Assembly (NCBI GenBank): GCA_965221695.1
Contig: OZ244905.1
Coordinates: 1,984,001-2,048,000, forward strand
Direction: 5' to 3'
DNA length: 64,000 nt
From: Gammaproteobacteria bacterium
Lineage (GTDB): Bacteria; Pseudomonadota; Gammaproteobacteria; Eutrophobiales; Eutrophobiaceae
Shown here piece by piece: positions 19,802 to 30,519 of the stretch; within the stretch, counting starts at the first letter, position 1, and each line of letters starts with the position of its first letter. The translations under genes and the position numbers were made by a program. The notes under the pieces are model-generated. The model saw only the letters and a program-made list of their open reading frames with translations. It searched no databases and was not told the DNA's origin.

Positions 19802-21250
19802 ATGATGGATGAAACGACAAGAGTTGAGGAGCTGGTACATAAGGAATACGAGCACGGTTTCGTCACGGATATCGATACGGATACCGTCGCGCCCGGCCTG
19901 AACGAAGAAGTGATTGCGCTGATATCCAGCAAGAAGGAAGAGCCCGAGTGGCTGCTGGAATGGCGTCTTGACGCGTTTCGGCGCTGGACCCGCATGACCG
20001 AACCGGAATGGGCACATGTGCGTTACCCACCCATTGATTTCCAGGACATTTCCTATTATTCGGCCCCGAAAGCCAAAACGGACGCGCCGAAAAGTCTGGA
20101 TGAGGTGGACCCGAAACTGCTGGAAACTTACGAGAAACTCGGCATTCCGCTGCACGAACAGAAAATGCTGGCCGGCGTTGCGGTGGACGCGGTATTCGAC
20201 AGCGTTTCCGTGGCGACCACGTTCAAGGAGAAACTGGCGGACGCTGGCGTGATTTTCTGTTCATTTTCAGAAGCCGTACAAAACCACCCCGACCTGGTGC
20301 GGGAATACCTGGGTAGCGTCGTGCCGGTCGCGGACAACTATTATGCGGCGCTTAACTCCGCAGTATTTACCGACGGTTCGTTCTGCTTTATTCCAAAAAA
20401 CACCCGCTGCCCGCTGGAACTGTCCACCTACTTCCGCATTAACGCAGCTAACACCGGTCAGTTCGAGAGAACCCTGATCGTTGCCGAAGAAGGTTCTTAT
20501 GTGAGTTACCTGGAAGGTTGCACCGCGCCCATGCGCGATGAGAACCAGTTGCATGCGGCGGTGGTGGAACTGGTTGCGCTGGACAATGCCGAAATCAAGT
20601 ACTCGACGGTACAGAACTGGTACCCCGGCGATGAAAACGGCGTTGGCGGTATTTACAACTTCGTGACCAAGCGCGGCGATTGCCGCGGAAACAACTCCAG
20701 GATTTCCTGGACCCAGATTGAGACCGGTTCGGCGATCACCTGGAAATATCCGAGTTGCATCCTGCGCGGCGACAATTCCAACGGCGAGTTCTATTCCGTC
20801 GCGGTAACCAACAATTACCAGCAGGCAGATACCGGTACCAAGATGATCCACATCGGTAAAAATACCCGCAGCACCATTATCTCCAAGGGCATTTCCGCCG
20901 GGAAGGCACAGAATGCCTACCGCGGCCTGGTCAAGATCAGCAAGGATGCAGATAACGCCCGTAACTATACACAGTGTGATTCCCTGTTGATGAGCGATAC
21001 CTGCGGCGCCCATACGTTTCCCTATATCGAGACCGGAAACGCCGGCGCCATTGTTGAACACGAGGCCACCACGTCCAAGATCAGCGATGACCAGTTGTTC
21101 TATTGCCGCCAGCGCGGGATTGACGAGGAGGATGCCGTGAACATGATTGTCAACGGTTTCTGCAAGGATGTCTTCAAGGAACTTCCGATGGAGTTCGCGG
21201 TGGAGGCACAGAAACTGTTGAATATCACCCTGGAAGGAGCAGTCGGATAA
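19802..21250 (+). CDS. sufB: Fe-S assembly protein SufB
   Basis: [32 protein letters not shown]. Confidence 0.97.
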   Translation: MMDETTRVEELVHKEYEHGFVTDIDTDTVAPGLNEEVIALISSKKEEPEWLLEWRLDAFRRWTRMTEPEWAHVRYPPIDFQDISYYSAPKAKTDAPKSLDEVDPKLLETYEKLGIPLHEQKMLAGVAVDAVFDSVSVATTFKEKLADAGVIFCSFSEAVQNHPDLVREYLGSVVPVADNYYAALNSAVFTDGSFCFIPKNTRCPLELSTYFRINAANTGQFERTLIVAEEGSYVSYLEGCTAPMRDENQLHAAVVELVALDNAEIKYSTVQNWYPGDENGVGGIYNFVTKRGDCRGNNSRISWTQIETGSAITWKYPSCILRGDNSNGEFYSVAVTNNYQQADTGTKMIHIGKNTRSTIISKGISAGKAQNAYRGLVKISKDADNARNYTQCDSLLMSDTCGAHTFPYIETGNAGAIVEHEATTSKISDDQLFYCRQRGIDEEDAVNMIVNGFCKDVFKELPMEFAVEAQKLLNITLEGAVG

Positions 21251-21264
21251 TCAAAGGACGTATC

Positions 21265-21328
21265 AGGTCAGGGTAAATCCCCCAGACTTTGACGGCAACC
21301 GCGATAACAGCGATTTTACTCTGATCCC
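21265..21328. repeat. REP-like inverted repeat between sufB and sufC
   Basis: AGGTCAGGGTAAA..TTTACTCTGATCCC imperfect arms. Confidence 0.55.
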
Positions 21329-21350
21329 AGACAGCAAGATATGAGGAATA

Positions 21351-22115
21351 GTGACAACAATGTTAACCATTAAAGATCTACAGGTGAGCGTAGAGAACAA
21401 GCAGATACTGAAAGGCCTGAACCTGGCGGTAAATGCAGGCGAAGTGCATGCGATTATGGGTCCCAACGGTTCCGGCAAGAGCACCCTGGCAAGCGTGCTT
21501 GCCGGGCGCGACGGCTACGACATCACGTCAGGCGCGATCGAATACGACGGCAACAACCTGTTCGAACTTTCCCCGGAAGAGCGCGCCCGGCAAGGGATAT
21601 TCCTGGCATTCCAATACCCGGTGGAAATCCCCGGGGTGAACAATATCTACCTGCTCAAGGCAGCGCTGAATGCGATTCGCTCACACCAGGGACAATCTCC
21701 CCTGGACGCGGTTGATTTTTTGCAGGTAGTGCGGCAAAAGATGCAACTGGTGAAGATGGACGAAAGCCTGCTGAACCGGTCAGTGAACGAGGGCTTTTCC
21801 GGCGGCGAAAAAAAACGCAATGAGATCTTCCAGATGGCAGTGCTGGAACCGCGCCTGGCTATCCTGGATGAGACCGATTCAGGACTGGATATCGATGCGC
21901 TGAAGATCGTCGCCGAAGGCGTTAATACACTCCGGAACGAGTCCCGCGCCATCGTCCTGGTAACCCACTACCAACGCTTGCTGAACTATATCGTGCCGGA
22001 TTTCGTACATGTGCTCTCGGACGGGAAGATTATCAAGTCCGGTGACCGCACCCTGGCCATGGAACTCGAGGAAAAAGGCTATGACTGGGTAAGACAGGGA
22101 GCCAAAGCCGCATGA
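21351..22115 (+). CDS. sufC: Fe-S assembly ATPase SufC
   Basis: [27 protein letters not shown]; start GTG 21351 or ATG 21360. Confidence 0.97.
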   Translation: MTTMLTIKDLQVSVENKQILKGLNLAVNAGEVHAIMGPNGSGKSTLASVLAGRDGYDITSGAIEYDGNNLFELSPEERARQGIFLAFQYPVEIPGVNNIYLLKAALNAIRSHQGQSPLDAVDFLQVVRQKMQLVKMDESLLNRSVNEGFSGGEKKRNEIFQMAVLEPRLAILDETDSGLDIDALKIVAEGVNTLRNESRAIVLVTHYQRLLNYIVPDFVHVLSDGKIIKSGDRTLAMELEEKGYDWVRQGAKAA

Positions 22116-23443
22116 GCGAGGCCGCCCTGGACCACTATCTCGCGGAATACGACCGGTTCCGGGATACGCTGGCAGCCTCATGGCCGGCGCCGCGCCGCGC
22201 CGACGCGCTGGAGTACCTCAAGACCCACGGTTTCCCCACGCGCAGGACTGAACAGTGGAAATACACCGACATCACCCCCATTACCAGGAGAAAATTCACG
22301 CTCGGTAAACTCTCCGCGCAGCATATTGATGGCGCGCTGGTGGACAAGCTGCGCTTCTCCCGGCTCGACTGCCACGAACTGGTGTTCATAAACGGCAGCT
22401 TCTCCGCCGACATGTCACGCAACCTGCGCCTGCCGTCCGGGGCGACCCTGCGCGCCTTACAATCGGACGGGGAAGACAATTCCGAACTGTTGGAGCGCTA
22501 TTTCGGCAACGAAGATATCGGCCACGCGTTTACCGCGCTGAACACGGCCTTCGTCAACGACGGTGTGCTGGTGCATGTGCCCGAAGACATGGAAATCCCG
22601 ATGCCGATTCACATCATCCACCTCGGTGGCCGGGAGGACGAAACCCAGCCGTCATTGATGTCGCATCCACGCAACTTGATCGCATTGGGCCGTCATGCCG
22701 GTGCAAGCATTATTGAGACTTACGCAGGCATTCCTGATGCGGAATATTTCACGAACAGCCATACCAGTATCCTGGCTCAGGCCGGCGCGCGCCTGGACTA
22801 TTACAAAATCCAGCAGGAAAGCCAACGCGCATACCATATCGGCAAAACCCGGATCAGCCAGGAGGCTGACAGCCGCGTTGACTGCCATGCCCTGTCGCTG
22901 GGGGCGAAGCTGGCACGCTGGGACATTGATGTTGAACTGCTGGAGCCAGGCGCGGAAATCAACCTTAACGGCCTGTATCTGACCCGTAACCGGCAACATA
23001 TCGATAACCATACGCTGGTAGAGCATAAGCAGCCCCACACGACCAGCAACGAGCATTACCGGGGCATTATGAACGAGCGCTCGCGCGCCGTGTTCAACGG
23101 CAAGGTAATCGTGCATGAACAGGCCCAGAAGACCGAGGCGCACCAATCCAATGCCAACCTGCTGCTCTCCGCCGATGCCGAGGTCGACACCAAGCCGGAA
23201 CTGGAGATCTACGCGGATGATGTCAAGTGCAGTCACGGCGCAACAGTGGGACGCCTGGATGAGAACATGTTGTTCTACCTGCGCTCCCGGGCAGTGGATG
23301 AGGACACCGCCAGGAGCCTGCTGACCTATGCATTCGCCGATGAGATAATCCGTGACATCAGGTTCCCGGAGATACGCGCGCGGCTGGAACAAAGCATCGC
23401 CGGCGAGTTACCTGATACCGACCTGATCAAGGAGTTCATGTAA
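22112..23443 (+). CDS. sufD: Fe-S assembly protein SufD
   Basis: [26 protein letters not shown]. Confidence 0.96.
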   Translation: MSEAALDHYLAEYDRFRDTLAASWPAPRRADALEYLKTHGFPTRRTEQWKYTDITPITRRKFTLGKLSAQHIDGALVDKLRFSRLDCHELVFINGSFSADMSRNLRLPSGATLRALQSDGEDNSELLERYFGNEDIGHAFTALNTAFVNDGVLVHVPEDMEIPMPIHIIHLGGREDETQPSLMSHPRNLIALGRHAGASIIETYAGIPDAEYFTNSHTSILAQAGARLDYYKIQQESQRAYHIGKTRISQEADSRVDCHALSLGAKLARWDIDVELLEPGAEINLNGLYLTRNRQHIDNHTLVEHKQPHTTSNEHYRGIMNERSRAVFNGKVIVHEQAQKTEAHQSNANLLLSADAEVDTKPELEIYADDVKCSHGATVGRLDENMLFYLRSRAVDEDTARSLLTYAFADEIIRDIRFPEIRARLEQSIAGELPDTDLIKEFM

Positions 23444-24693
23444 TGACGGCTGCAGCACAACCACTGGATGATTCGGGATTTCCCGTACACCAGTACCGCG
23501 CGGACTTCCCGGTGCTGGCGCGCACAGTGCGCGACAAGCCACTGGTTTACCTGGACAACGCCGCCACCGCGCAAAAACCGCGCCAGGTCATCGAGGCGTT
23601 GGATGAATACTATCGCGGTTACAATTCGAATATCCACCGCGGCGTGCACACGTTGAGTGAACTGGCAACGGAAGCCTACGAGACAGCCCGAAAGAAGATA
23701 CAAACCTTCATCAATGCCGCGTCTCACCAGGAAATCATTTTTGTGCGCGGCACGACGGAGGGAATCAACCTGGTTGCGCAAAGCTACGGCAGGGACAAAC
23801 TCGGCGCCGGGGATGAGATCATCATCTCGGAAATGGAGCACCATTCGAATATCGTCCCCTGGCAATTGTTATGCGAACAGACTGGCGCCACACTGAAGGT
23901 CATTCCCATCAATGACGCCGGCGAACTCGATATGGACGCGTATAAAAACCTGCTGGGCGACAATACCCGGATCGTGGCAATCGGCCATATCTCCAATGCC
24001 CTGGGCACCATCAACCCGGTTGCGGAGATCACGGCGCTGGCCCATGCAGCCGGCGCGGTCACGCTGATCGACGGCGCCCAGGCGGCGCCCCATACAAGGC
24101 TGGACATGGCTGCGCTGGATTGCGATTTCTACGCGTTCTCGGGCCATAAACTGTTCGGGCCAACGGGTATCGGCGTGCTCTACGGAAAACAGGCATTACT
24201 CGATGCCATGCCGCCGTATCACGGTGGCGGCGATATGATAAAGATGGTGACTTTCGAAAAAACCCAGTACAACGATCTGCCTTACAAGTTCGAAGCGGGC
24301 ACACCATACATCGCCGGTGTAATCGGTCTGGGCGCGGCAATCGACTATGTCAACAGTGTCGATATGGACAGCATCCGGGATTATGAACACGGGTTGTTGC
24401 AGTACGCGACCCGGGCAGTTGCGAACATCGCGGGACTGAAGCTGATTGGCACGGCGGCAGAGAAGGCCGGTGTCCTGTCTTTCGTGATGGATGGGATCCA
24501 CCCGCATGACCTCGGCACCATACTGGACCACGACGGCATAGCCATCAGGGCCGGCCACCATTGCGCGATGCCGGTGATGGAGCGCTATCGCGTGCCCGCC
24601 ACATCCAGGGCTTCGTTTGCGTTTTACAATACCACGGAAGAAGTGGACAAACTGGTTGCCGGGCTTGACAAGGCAAAACATATTTTCCAGTAA
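23443..24693 (+). CDS. sufS: Cysteine desulfurase SufS
   Basis: YLDNAATAQKP, SGHK, RAGHHCA (group II). Confidence 0.96.
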   Translation: MTAAAQPLDDSGFPVHQYRADFPVLARTVRDKPLVYLDNAATAQKPRQVIEALDEYYRGYNSNIHRGVHTLSELATEAYETARKKIQTFINAASHQEIIFVRGTTEGINLVAQSYGRDKLGAGDEIIISEMEHHSNIVPWQLLCEQTGATLKVIPINDAGELDMDAYKNLLGDNTRIVAIGHISNALGTINPVAEITALAHAAGAVTLIDGAQAAPHTRLDMAALDCDFYAFSGHKLFGPTGIGVLYGKQALLDAMPPYHGGGDMIKMVTFEKTQYNDLPYKFEAGTPYIAGVIGLGAAIDYVNSVDMDSIRDYEHGLLQYATRAVANIAGLKLIGTAAEKAGVLSFVMDGIHPHDLGTILDHDGIAIRAGHHCAMPVMERYRVPATSRASFAFYNTTEEVDKLVAGLDKAKHIFQ

Positions 24694-24698
24694 CGGCC

Positions 24699-25151
24699 AT
24701 GTTCGATATCAAAGACCTGTACCAGGAAGTGATCGTCGATCACAACCGCAGCCCCAGGAATTTCGGCAAGCTCGACCCTGTCGGGAGATCCCTGGAAGGG
24801 TTCAACCCCCTGTGTGGCGACCGCCTGACGCTGTACCTGAACCTGGATGACGATGGCCACATCGGCGATATCAGTTTCGACGGTTCAGGCTGTGCCATCT
24901 CCATTGCGTCGGCGTCGTTGATGACCGAAGGCGTCAAGGGGAAGTCCATTCAGGAAGCCGAGACCCTGTTCGGCGACTTCCACGAACTGCTGACCGATTC
25001 CGCCCAGGCTATCGACCCGGCCGTTATGGGAAAACTCGCAGTCCTGGCAGGGGTGCGGGAGTATCCAAGCCGGGTAAAGTGCGCGACCTTGTGCTGGCAC
25101 ACGTTGCGCGCGCTGCTGGCCGGTGATCACGCGACGGTATCTACGGAATAA
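24699..25151 (+). CDS. sufU: SufU (NifU-like) protein
   Basis: NPLCGD, GCAISIASAS, RVKCATL. Confidence 0.92.
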   Translation: MFDIKDLYQEVIVDHNRSPRNFGKLDPVGRSLEGFNPLCGDRLTLYLNLDDDGHIGDISFDGSGCAISIASASLMTEGVKGKSIQEAETLFGDFHELLTDSAQAIDPAVMGKLAVLAGVREYPSRVKCATLCWHTLRALLAGDHATVSTE

Positions 25152-25153
25152 TC

Positions 25154-25705
25154 ATGTACACCAACGACCCTGTTACGGTGGCACGCGAGTGTGATGCGAT
25201 CCTGATTCCGACGGGGACGCCAATCACGCTGCCTGAAGGCAGCCTGGTGTTCATTACCCAGGCGCTGGGAGGCAATTACACGGTCAATATCAACGGTAAC
25301 CTGGCCCAGGTAGGACCGAAGGATGCGGACGCCCTCGGTTTTGATCCGTCCGACTATCTCAATTTGGACCAGGAACCCAACCAGGACGGCTCGGTCAATG
25401 AAGCACACCTCTGGGAGCAGATGCGCACCTGTTATGACCCGGAGATCCCGATAAACATAGTCGAACTCGGGTTGGTATATGATTGCCGGATATCATGCTC
25501 GGATGCCGGAGAAAACCAGGTGGATGTGCTCATGACGCTCACTGCGCCAGCCTGCGGCATGGGCGATTTTCTCGCGGCGGATGTGCAAAGCAAGATCTCG
25601 ATGGCGCCGAATGTCGACAAGGTAAATGTTGAACTGACTTTTGACCCGCCATGGAGTCCGGAGATGATGACCGAAGCGGCGCGCCTGGAAACCGGGTTAA
25701 TGTAA
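25154..25705 (+). CDS. sufT: Fe-S maturation protein SufT (DUF59)
   Basis: ITQALGG, YDPEIPINIVELGL, MTLTAPAC, FDPPW. Confidence 0.92.
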   Translation: MYTNDPVTVARECDAILIPTGTPITLPEGSLVFITQALGGNYTVNINGNLAQVGPKDADALGFDPSDYLNLDQEPNQDGSVNEAHLWEQMRTCYDPEIPINIVELGLVYDCRISCSDAGENQVDVLMTLTAPACGMGDFLAADVQSKISMAPNVDKVNVELTFDPPWSPEMMTEAARLETGLM

Positions 25706-25801
25706 CGCCATTACCAATGCCGACTAGCGCCTGTTATTCTCAGGGAAGCGCCAAACCTGTCCCTCCAGGACTTGCCAGTGCGCGCGCATCCCTGTACCGT
25801 T

Positions 25802-25830
25802 AGAACCTATGACTTAATCTCAAAGCTTCC
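25802..25830. repeat. Family A mini-palindrome, degenerate
   Basis: AGAACCTATGACTTAATCTCAAAGCTTCC upstream of ndk. Confidence 0.55.
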
Positions 25831-25852
25831 TTTGTAAAGTTGGACAAAATAT

Positions 25853-26293
25853 ATGCCTGTAGAACAAACTTTATCCATTATCAAGCCTGATGCGGTAGCC
25901 AACAACCAGATTGGAGCCATCTACCAACGTTTTGAAAACGCCGGACTGAAGATTGTAGCTGCAAAAATGCTACATCTCGACGCGCGCCAGGCTTCCGAAT
26001 TTTACGCCGTGCACAAGGGAAAACCTTTTTTTCACGAGTTGGTGGATTTCATGATTTCAGGGCCCATCATGGTGCAAACGCTGGAAGGAGAAAACGCCAT
26101 CGCCAGGAACCGCGAACTGATGGGAGCAACCTTCCCCAAGAACGCCGAACCCGGAACCATTCGCGCGGACTTCTGCGATCCGGCCGGCGACCAGGGAGAA
26201 AACGCGGTGCATGGCTCTGATGGACCAGAAACCGCGCGCGATGAAATTCGCTTCTTTTTCCGCGCAGAAGAAATCTGCGCGCGCCCCCGGTGA
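25853..26293 (+). CDS. ndk: Nucleoside diphosphate kinase
   Basis: [23 protein letters not shown]. Confidence 0.97.
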   Translation: MPVEQTLSIIKPDAVANNQIGAIYQRFENAGLKIVAAKMLHLDARQASEFYAVHKGKPFFHELVDFMISGPIMVQTLEGENAIARNRELMGATFPKNAEPGTIRADFCDPAGDQGENAVHGSDGPETARDEIRFFFRAEEICARPR

Positions 26294-26355
26294 GTTGTTC
26301 GTGCTGATCTTCAGCGCCTCGCCGCTGGTTGTAATCGGATACTTCTGCACTATCG

Positions 26356-27459
26356 ATGAATTGCGTTAACCTGTTCAACCTGAACCGGAGCGCCATGCGG
26401 GATTACTTTGCCGGCATGAAGGAACAGCCTTTTCGCGCCACCCAGGTAATGAAATGGATCTACCACCAGGGGGTCACCGATTTTGCCGACATGACCGACC
26501 TGAGCAAGGCTTTGCGGGCGCGTCTGACCGGCAGCGCTTATTCAAATTTGCCGGCCATCCTCTCTGAAAAGACCTCAACAGACGGTACCCGCAAGTGGCT
26601 CTTTGGGGTTGATGGCGATAACGCCATCGAGACTGTTTTTATTCCGGAGCCCAAGCGCGGCACCTTGTGTATTTCTTCACAGGTCGGTTGCGCCTTGAAT
26701 TGCGCCTTCTGCTCAACCGGAAAACAAGGCTACAACCGCAATCTTTCGGTTGCAGAAATCATCGGACAGGTCTGGCTGGCAAACAAACAACTGGGCTATT
26801 TTTCCAACCGCAGGCGCGTCATCACCAATATTGTGCTGATGGGAATGGGAGAGCCGCTGCTCAATTTTGATCATGTCCTTGAGGCGGTCGAGCTGATTAC
26901 CGATGATCTCGGCTTCGGTCTGGCGAACAAACGCGTGACACTGAGCACTGCCGGAATCGTGCCCGGCATCATTAAGCTGTCCCAGCGCAGCAGGATCAGT
27001 CTGGCGGTCTCATTGCATGCAGCCAACGACGCGCTACGGGACGAACTGGTGCCAATTAACAGGTCGTACCCGATTCGCGAGCTGTTAGCGGCCTGCCGCC
27101 GCTATAGTGAGGCCACGGGCAACGAACTAATCACCTTCGAATACGTGCTCTTACGTGGAATAAATGATTCTGAAAACGATGCCCGGGAACTGGCAAAACT
27201 GCTAAAAGGATTTCCTGCGAAAGTCAATTTGATTATCTTCAATCCGTTTCCCGGCGCCGGCTTCAGCCGCTCTTCCATGGAAACAACAGACCGGTTTCGG
27301 GATATACTGACAGGTTCCGGCATCATTACCATTACCCGCAAGACGCGCGGCGATGATATCGATGCCGCTTGTGGCCAACTGGTTGGGCTCGTACGGGCGC
27401 GCGCCCGGAACAGACAAACACAGGCTGAAATAACAACAAACGAACTGGCGTTGACATGA
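26356..27459 (+). CDS. rlmN: Dual-specificity RNA methyltransferase RlmN
   Basis: CISSQVGCALNCAFC, MGMGEP, DIDAACGQL. Confidence 0.97.
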   Translation: MNCVNLFNLNRSAMRDYFAGMKEQPFRATQVMKWIYHQGVTDFADMTDLSKALRARLTGSAYSNLPAILSEKTSTDGTRKWLFGVDGDNAIETVFIPEPKRGTLCISSQVGCALNCAFCSTGKQGYNRNLSVAEIIGQVWLANKQLGYFSNRRRVITNIVLMGMGEPLLNFDHVLEAVELITDDLGFGLANKRVTLSTAGIVPGIIKLSQRSRISLAVSLHAANDALRDELVPINRSYPIRELLAACRRYSEATGNELITFEYVLLRGINDSENDARELAKLLKGFPAKVNLIIFNPFPGAGFSRSSMETTDRFRDILTGSGIITITRKTRGDDIDAACGQLVGLVRARARNRQTQAEITTNELALT

Positions 27460-28367
27460 GCGAGCGGCATAACACTGAAGAAGAAATCACTCTCGGCGCA
27501 TATCTACAACGCTTGCGCACGGAAAAGAACATTTCTGTAGCTGAAATGGCGACAAAGATGTACCTGCAACCGAATGTTATTTTGGCTCTGGAACAGGATG
27601 ACCATGAGAACTTGCCAGGGTCGCTTTATGTCCGCGGTTACCTTCAGCTCTACGCCAAAATACTCAATGTGCCGGCGGATCAAATTCTGGCGATGCATAA
27701 GCAGGGCACAGCAGAGCCGCCAAAACAGGCCGCAGAAACGCTGGCTCCATTGAAACCTGAAACGAAACAGCCCGGCCACTGGACTCATATCATCATCTAT
27801 CTGGCCGTGTTTTTTCTGACGCTGGCCGCAGTTGCCCTTTGGCGCAGCCAGTATGCGCAGGAATCCGTGGAGACGAGTGCCGGGCTGGACCGCCCTGCCA
27901 TTATCACCGAAGATACTGACACAACCCACTACTTGCCTGAGGATACCAATACAGAGGAGATTGGAGGAGACACAGATGCGGCGGAAACACCGAACCGGGA
28001 AACGGCAAAAGAACCGGTAACCGAGTCGGAACCGGAGACGGCGCCTGCCGCCACAGAGAATGCCTCCGAACCCGAGCGCGTATATGAAAGTACGACGATT
28101 ATCTCTGGCGTCGGCCCCGACACGATTACGGTGGTTCTGGTCATGGACTGCTGGATTGAGATATTCGATGCTGACAATGAAAAAGTGTATTACGACCTGG
28201 CCCAAGCCGGCCAAACGCTGATATTGAACGGCGTCGCCCCGTTTTCCGTTCTGCTTGGCAACGCGAATGCCGGCACAGTTGAAATCAATAACATACCTTT
28301 TGATATCACCCCGCATGTGACAGGCATCGGCATCGCCCGCTTCGTGCTCGGTGAGGATCAGGGCTAA
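27456..28367 (+). CDS. rodZ: Cytoskeleton protein RodZ
   Basis: N-terminal HTH (YVRGYL..YA), one TM, acidic linker, C-terminal CWIEIFD domain. Confidence 0.88.
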   Translation: MSERHNTEEEITLGAYLQRLRTEKNISVAEMATKMYLQPNVILALEQDDHENLPGSLYVRGYLQLYAKILNVPADQILAMHKQGTAEPPKQAAETLAPLKPETKQPGHWTHIIIYLAVFFLTLAAVALWRSQYAQESVETSAGLDRPAIITEDTDTTHYLPEDTNTEEIGGDTDAAETPNRETAKEPVTESEPETAPAATENASEPERVYESTTIISGVGPDTITVVLVMDCWIEIFDADNEKVYYDLAQAGQTLILNGVAPFSVLLGNANAGTVEINNIPFDITPHVTGIGIARFVLGEDQG

Positions 28368-29671
28368 TGGAAAAACTGCAAGCTGTCAGGGGGATGCGTG
28401 ATGCGCTGCCCGATGACACGCCCCGATGGCGTCTGCTGGAACGAACCACGCAAGCCATTTTGCGCGCCTATTGCTACCAGGAAATTCGCCTTCCCATCAT
28501 TGAAAAAACCGAGCTTTTTTCCCGCAGCCTCGGCGTCGGCACGGACATTGTGAACAAGGAAATGTACACGTTTCGGGATCGCAACGATGAACTTCTGACC
28601 TTGCGCCCGGAAGGCACCGCAGGGTGCGCGCGCGCGCTGTTGCAACACGGGCTGATCTATTCCGGGCCGCAACGAATCTGGTATCAGGGGCCTATGTTCC
28701 GCCATGAAAGACCGCAGAAAGGACGACAAAGACAATTCTACCAACTCGGCGCTGAGGCATTTGGCATAGCAAGCCCAGAGATTGACGCGGAGCTTATATT
28801 GCTCTGCGCGCGCATTTGGAAAGCTTTGGGAATTAACGATCTGTGCCTGCAACTGAACTCGCTGGGCTCCTATGCGGCGCGGCAGAGTTACCGAAGCCTG
28901 CTGGTCGAATACTTGTCCGATCATCGGGGTCAACTCGATGAGGACAGCATACGACGCCTGGAGACTAATCCGTTGCGAATACTCGACAGCAAGAACCCTG
29001 GGATGCAAACGCTGATCAACGGCGCGCCGTCGTTGCTTGATTCCATCGACGATGAATCCGCTGAACATTTTGCCGCGCTGGGTGAATTGCTTGGCGCAAG
29101 CGGCGTGGATTATGAAATCAAGCCGCGCTTGGTGCGCGGACTTGATTACTACAATCGCACCGTCTTTGAATGGGTTACCGACCGGCTCGGCGCCCAGGGA
29201 ACGCTTTGCGCGGGCGGGCGTTATGACGATCTTGTCACACAGATCGGCGGCAAGGCAACCCCGGCGGTCGGCTTTGCCATGGGGCTAGAGCGCATACTGG
29301 AGTTGATGGAAGCCATGCCGTCGGAGATAGACCTGAGCGCGCCTCGGTTTTATCAGGTTATGGCCGGCAAAGAGGCGTTAACAGCCGGTGTTCTGCTGGC
29401 GGAGCGCCTGCGGAATGAGCTGCCTGACTTACGCTTGATGACGCATTGCGGCGGCGGCAGTTTCAAAAGCCAACTCAGGAAAGCGGATAAGTCAGGGGCC
29501 GATTACGCCCTGATACTCGGCGCTGACGAAGTATCCAGACACACCGCGCTCATCAAGCCGCTGCGCGCGGATGAGGACCAATATGAAATCTCCCAGGATA
29601 AACTTGCCATCGAAGTTGCGCGGCTACTGAACCAGGACAGAACAAACACTACTTTGAGTGTTAGCGACTAA
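28367..29671 (+). CDS. hisS: Histidine--tRNA ligase
   Basis: LRPEGTA, FRHERPQKGR, LVRGLDYY, GGRYD. Confidence 0.98.
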   Translation: MEKLQAVRGMRDALPDDTPRWRLLERTTQAILRAYCYQEIRLPIIEKTELFSRSLGVGTDIVNKEMYTFRDRNDELLTLRPEGTAGCARALLQHGLIYSGPQRIWYQGPMFRHERPQKGRQRQFYQLGAEAFGIASPEIDAELILLCARIWKALGINDLCLQLNSLGSYAARQSYRSLLVEYLSDHRGQLDEDSIRRLETNPLRILDSKNPGMQTLINGAPSLLDSIDDESAEHFAALGELLGASGVDYEIKPRLVRGLDYYNRTVFEWVTDRLGAQGTLCAGGRYDDLVTQIGGKATPAVGFAMGLERILELMEAMPSEIDLSAPRFYQVMAGKEALTAGVLLAERLRNELPDLRLMTHCGGGSFKSQLRKADKSGADYALILGADEVSRHTALIKPLRADEDQYEISQDKLAIEVARLLNQDRTNTTLSVSD

Positions 29672-29816
29672 GTCGTTTCAGCGCTGGATATCGGTCGCTT
29701 ATTTCGCTGGAGTCGCTTCCTGCGAGAGTAGCGGCGCATTTAATTATCGCCTACGTGTATCCGAGAAGTTCCTTAACCGTGTATAATCGGTTATTGTCTG
29801 AAATCGGAGAAGTTCT

Positions 29817-30449
29817 TTGGACTTACACACTGCTGAAGCGCAGCAGATAGAAGATATTAAAACATGGTGGCGTGAAAACGGGTTGTCCGTTGTGCTCGGC
29901 TTGACCCTGGGCGTGTCAGGGATATTCGGCTGGCGTTACTGGCAGGGCGAAAAAGTTGAACGCGCAGAAGTCGCGTCCGCTCTGTATTCAGAACTGCTCG
30001 CCTCGATACAGGACGAGAACGAAATGGAGGCCCGGGAGACCGCCGATAAAATACTTGCGGAATACCGGAACACCTTGTATAGCGTGTTTGCCCTGATGAG
30101 CCTGGCCGCGCTGGCCGTAGACGCGGATGACCTGGAGACTGCCGAAACGAGGCTGCGCCAGGCCCTGGAGGAAAGTGGCAACCCGTCACTTTCTCACGTC
30201 ATCCGTATCAGGTTGATTCGCGTTCTCATCAGCCGAGATCAACTGGAGCAGGCGAACACGCTGATCAGCGGGCAGAGCAAGAGCGAATTCGCGGCCAACT
30301 ATGACGAACTGCTGGGAGACATCAAGAGCAGGCAGGGGAATATTGACGCGGCACGCGCGGCATATCAGCAGGCCATCAACAAACTACGCGCGGACGGGCG
30401 AGATGTTGCCACAATTGAACTCAAACTCAACAATATCGGCCAACCCTGA
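29817..30449 (+). CDS. yfgM: Ancillary SecYEG subunit YfgM
   Basis: TTG start with GGAG; IKTWWRENG + TM + TPR-like helices; hisS-yfgM-bamB synteny. Confidence 0.88.
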   Translation: MDLHTAEAQQIEDIKTWWRENGLSVVLGLTLGVSGIFGWRYWQGEKVERAEVASALYSELLASIQDENEMEARETADKILAEYRNTLYSVFALMSLAALAVDADDLETAETRLRQALEESGNPSLSHVIRIRLIRVLISRDQLEQANTLISGQSKSEFAANYDELLGDIKSRQGNIDAARAAYQQAINKLRADGRDVATIELKLNNIGQP

Positions 30450-30519
30450 CGCTCTTGCTACGCTTACTCTCAGGCGCTGGATTTGCGGCAAAACAACCTG
30501 CGCGCCGGACCGGAGTGAA

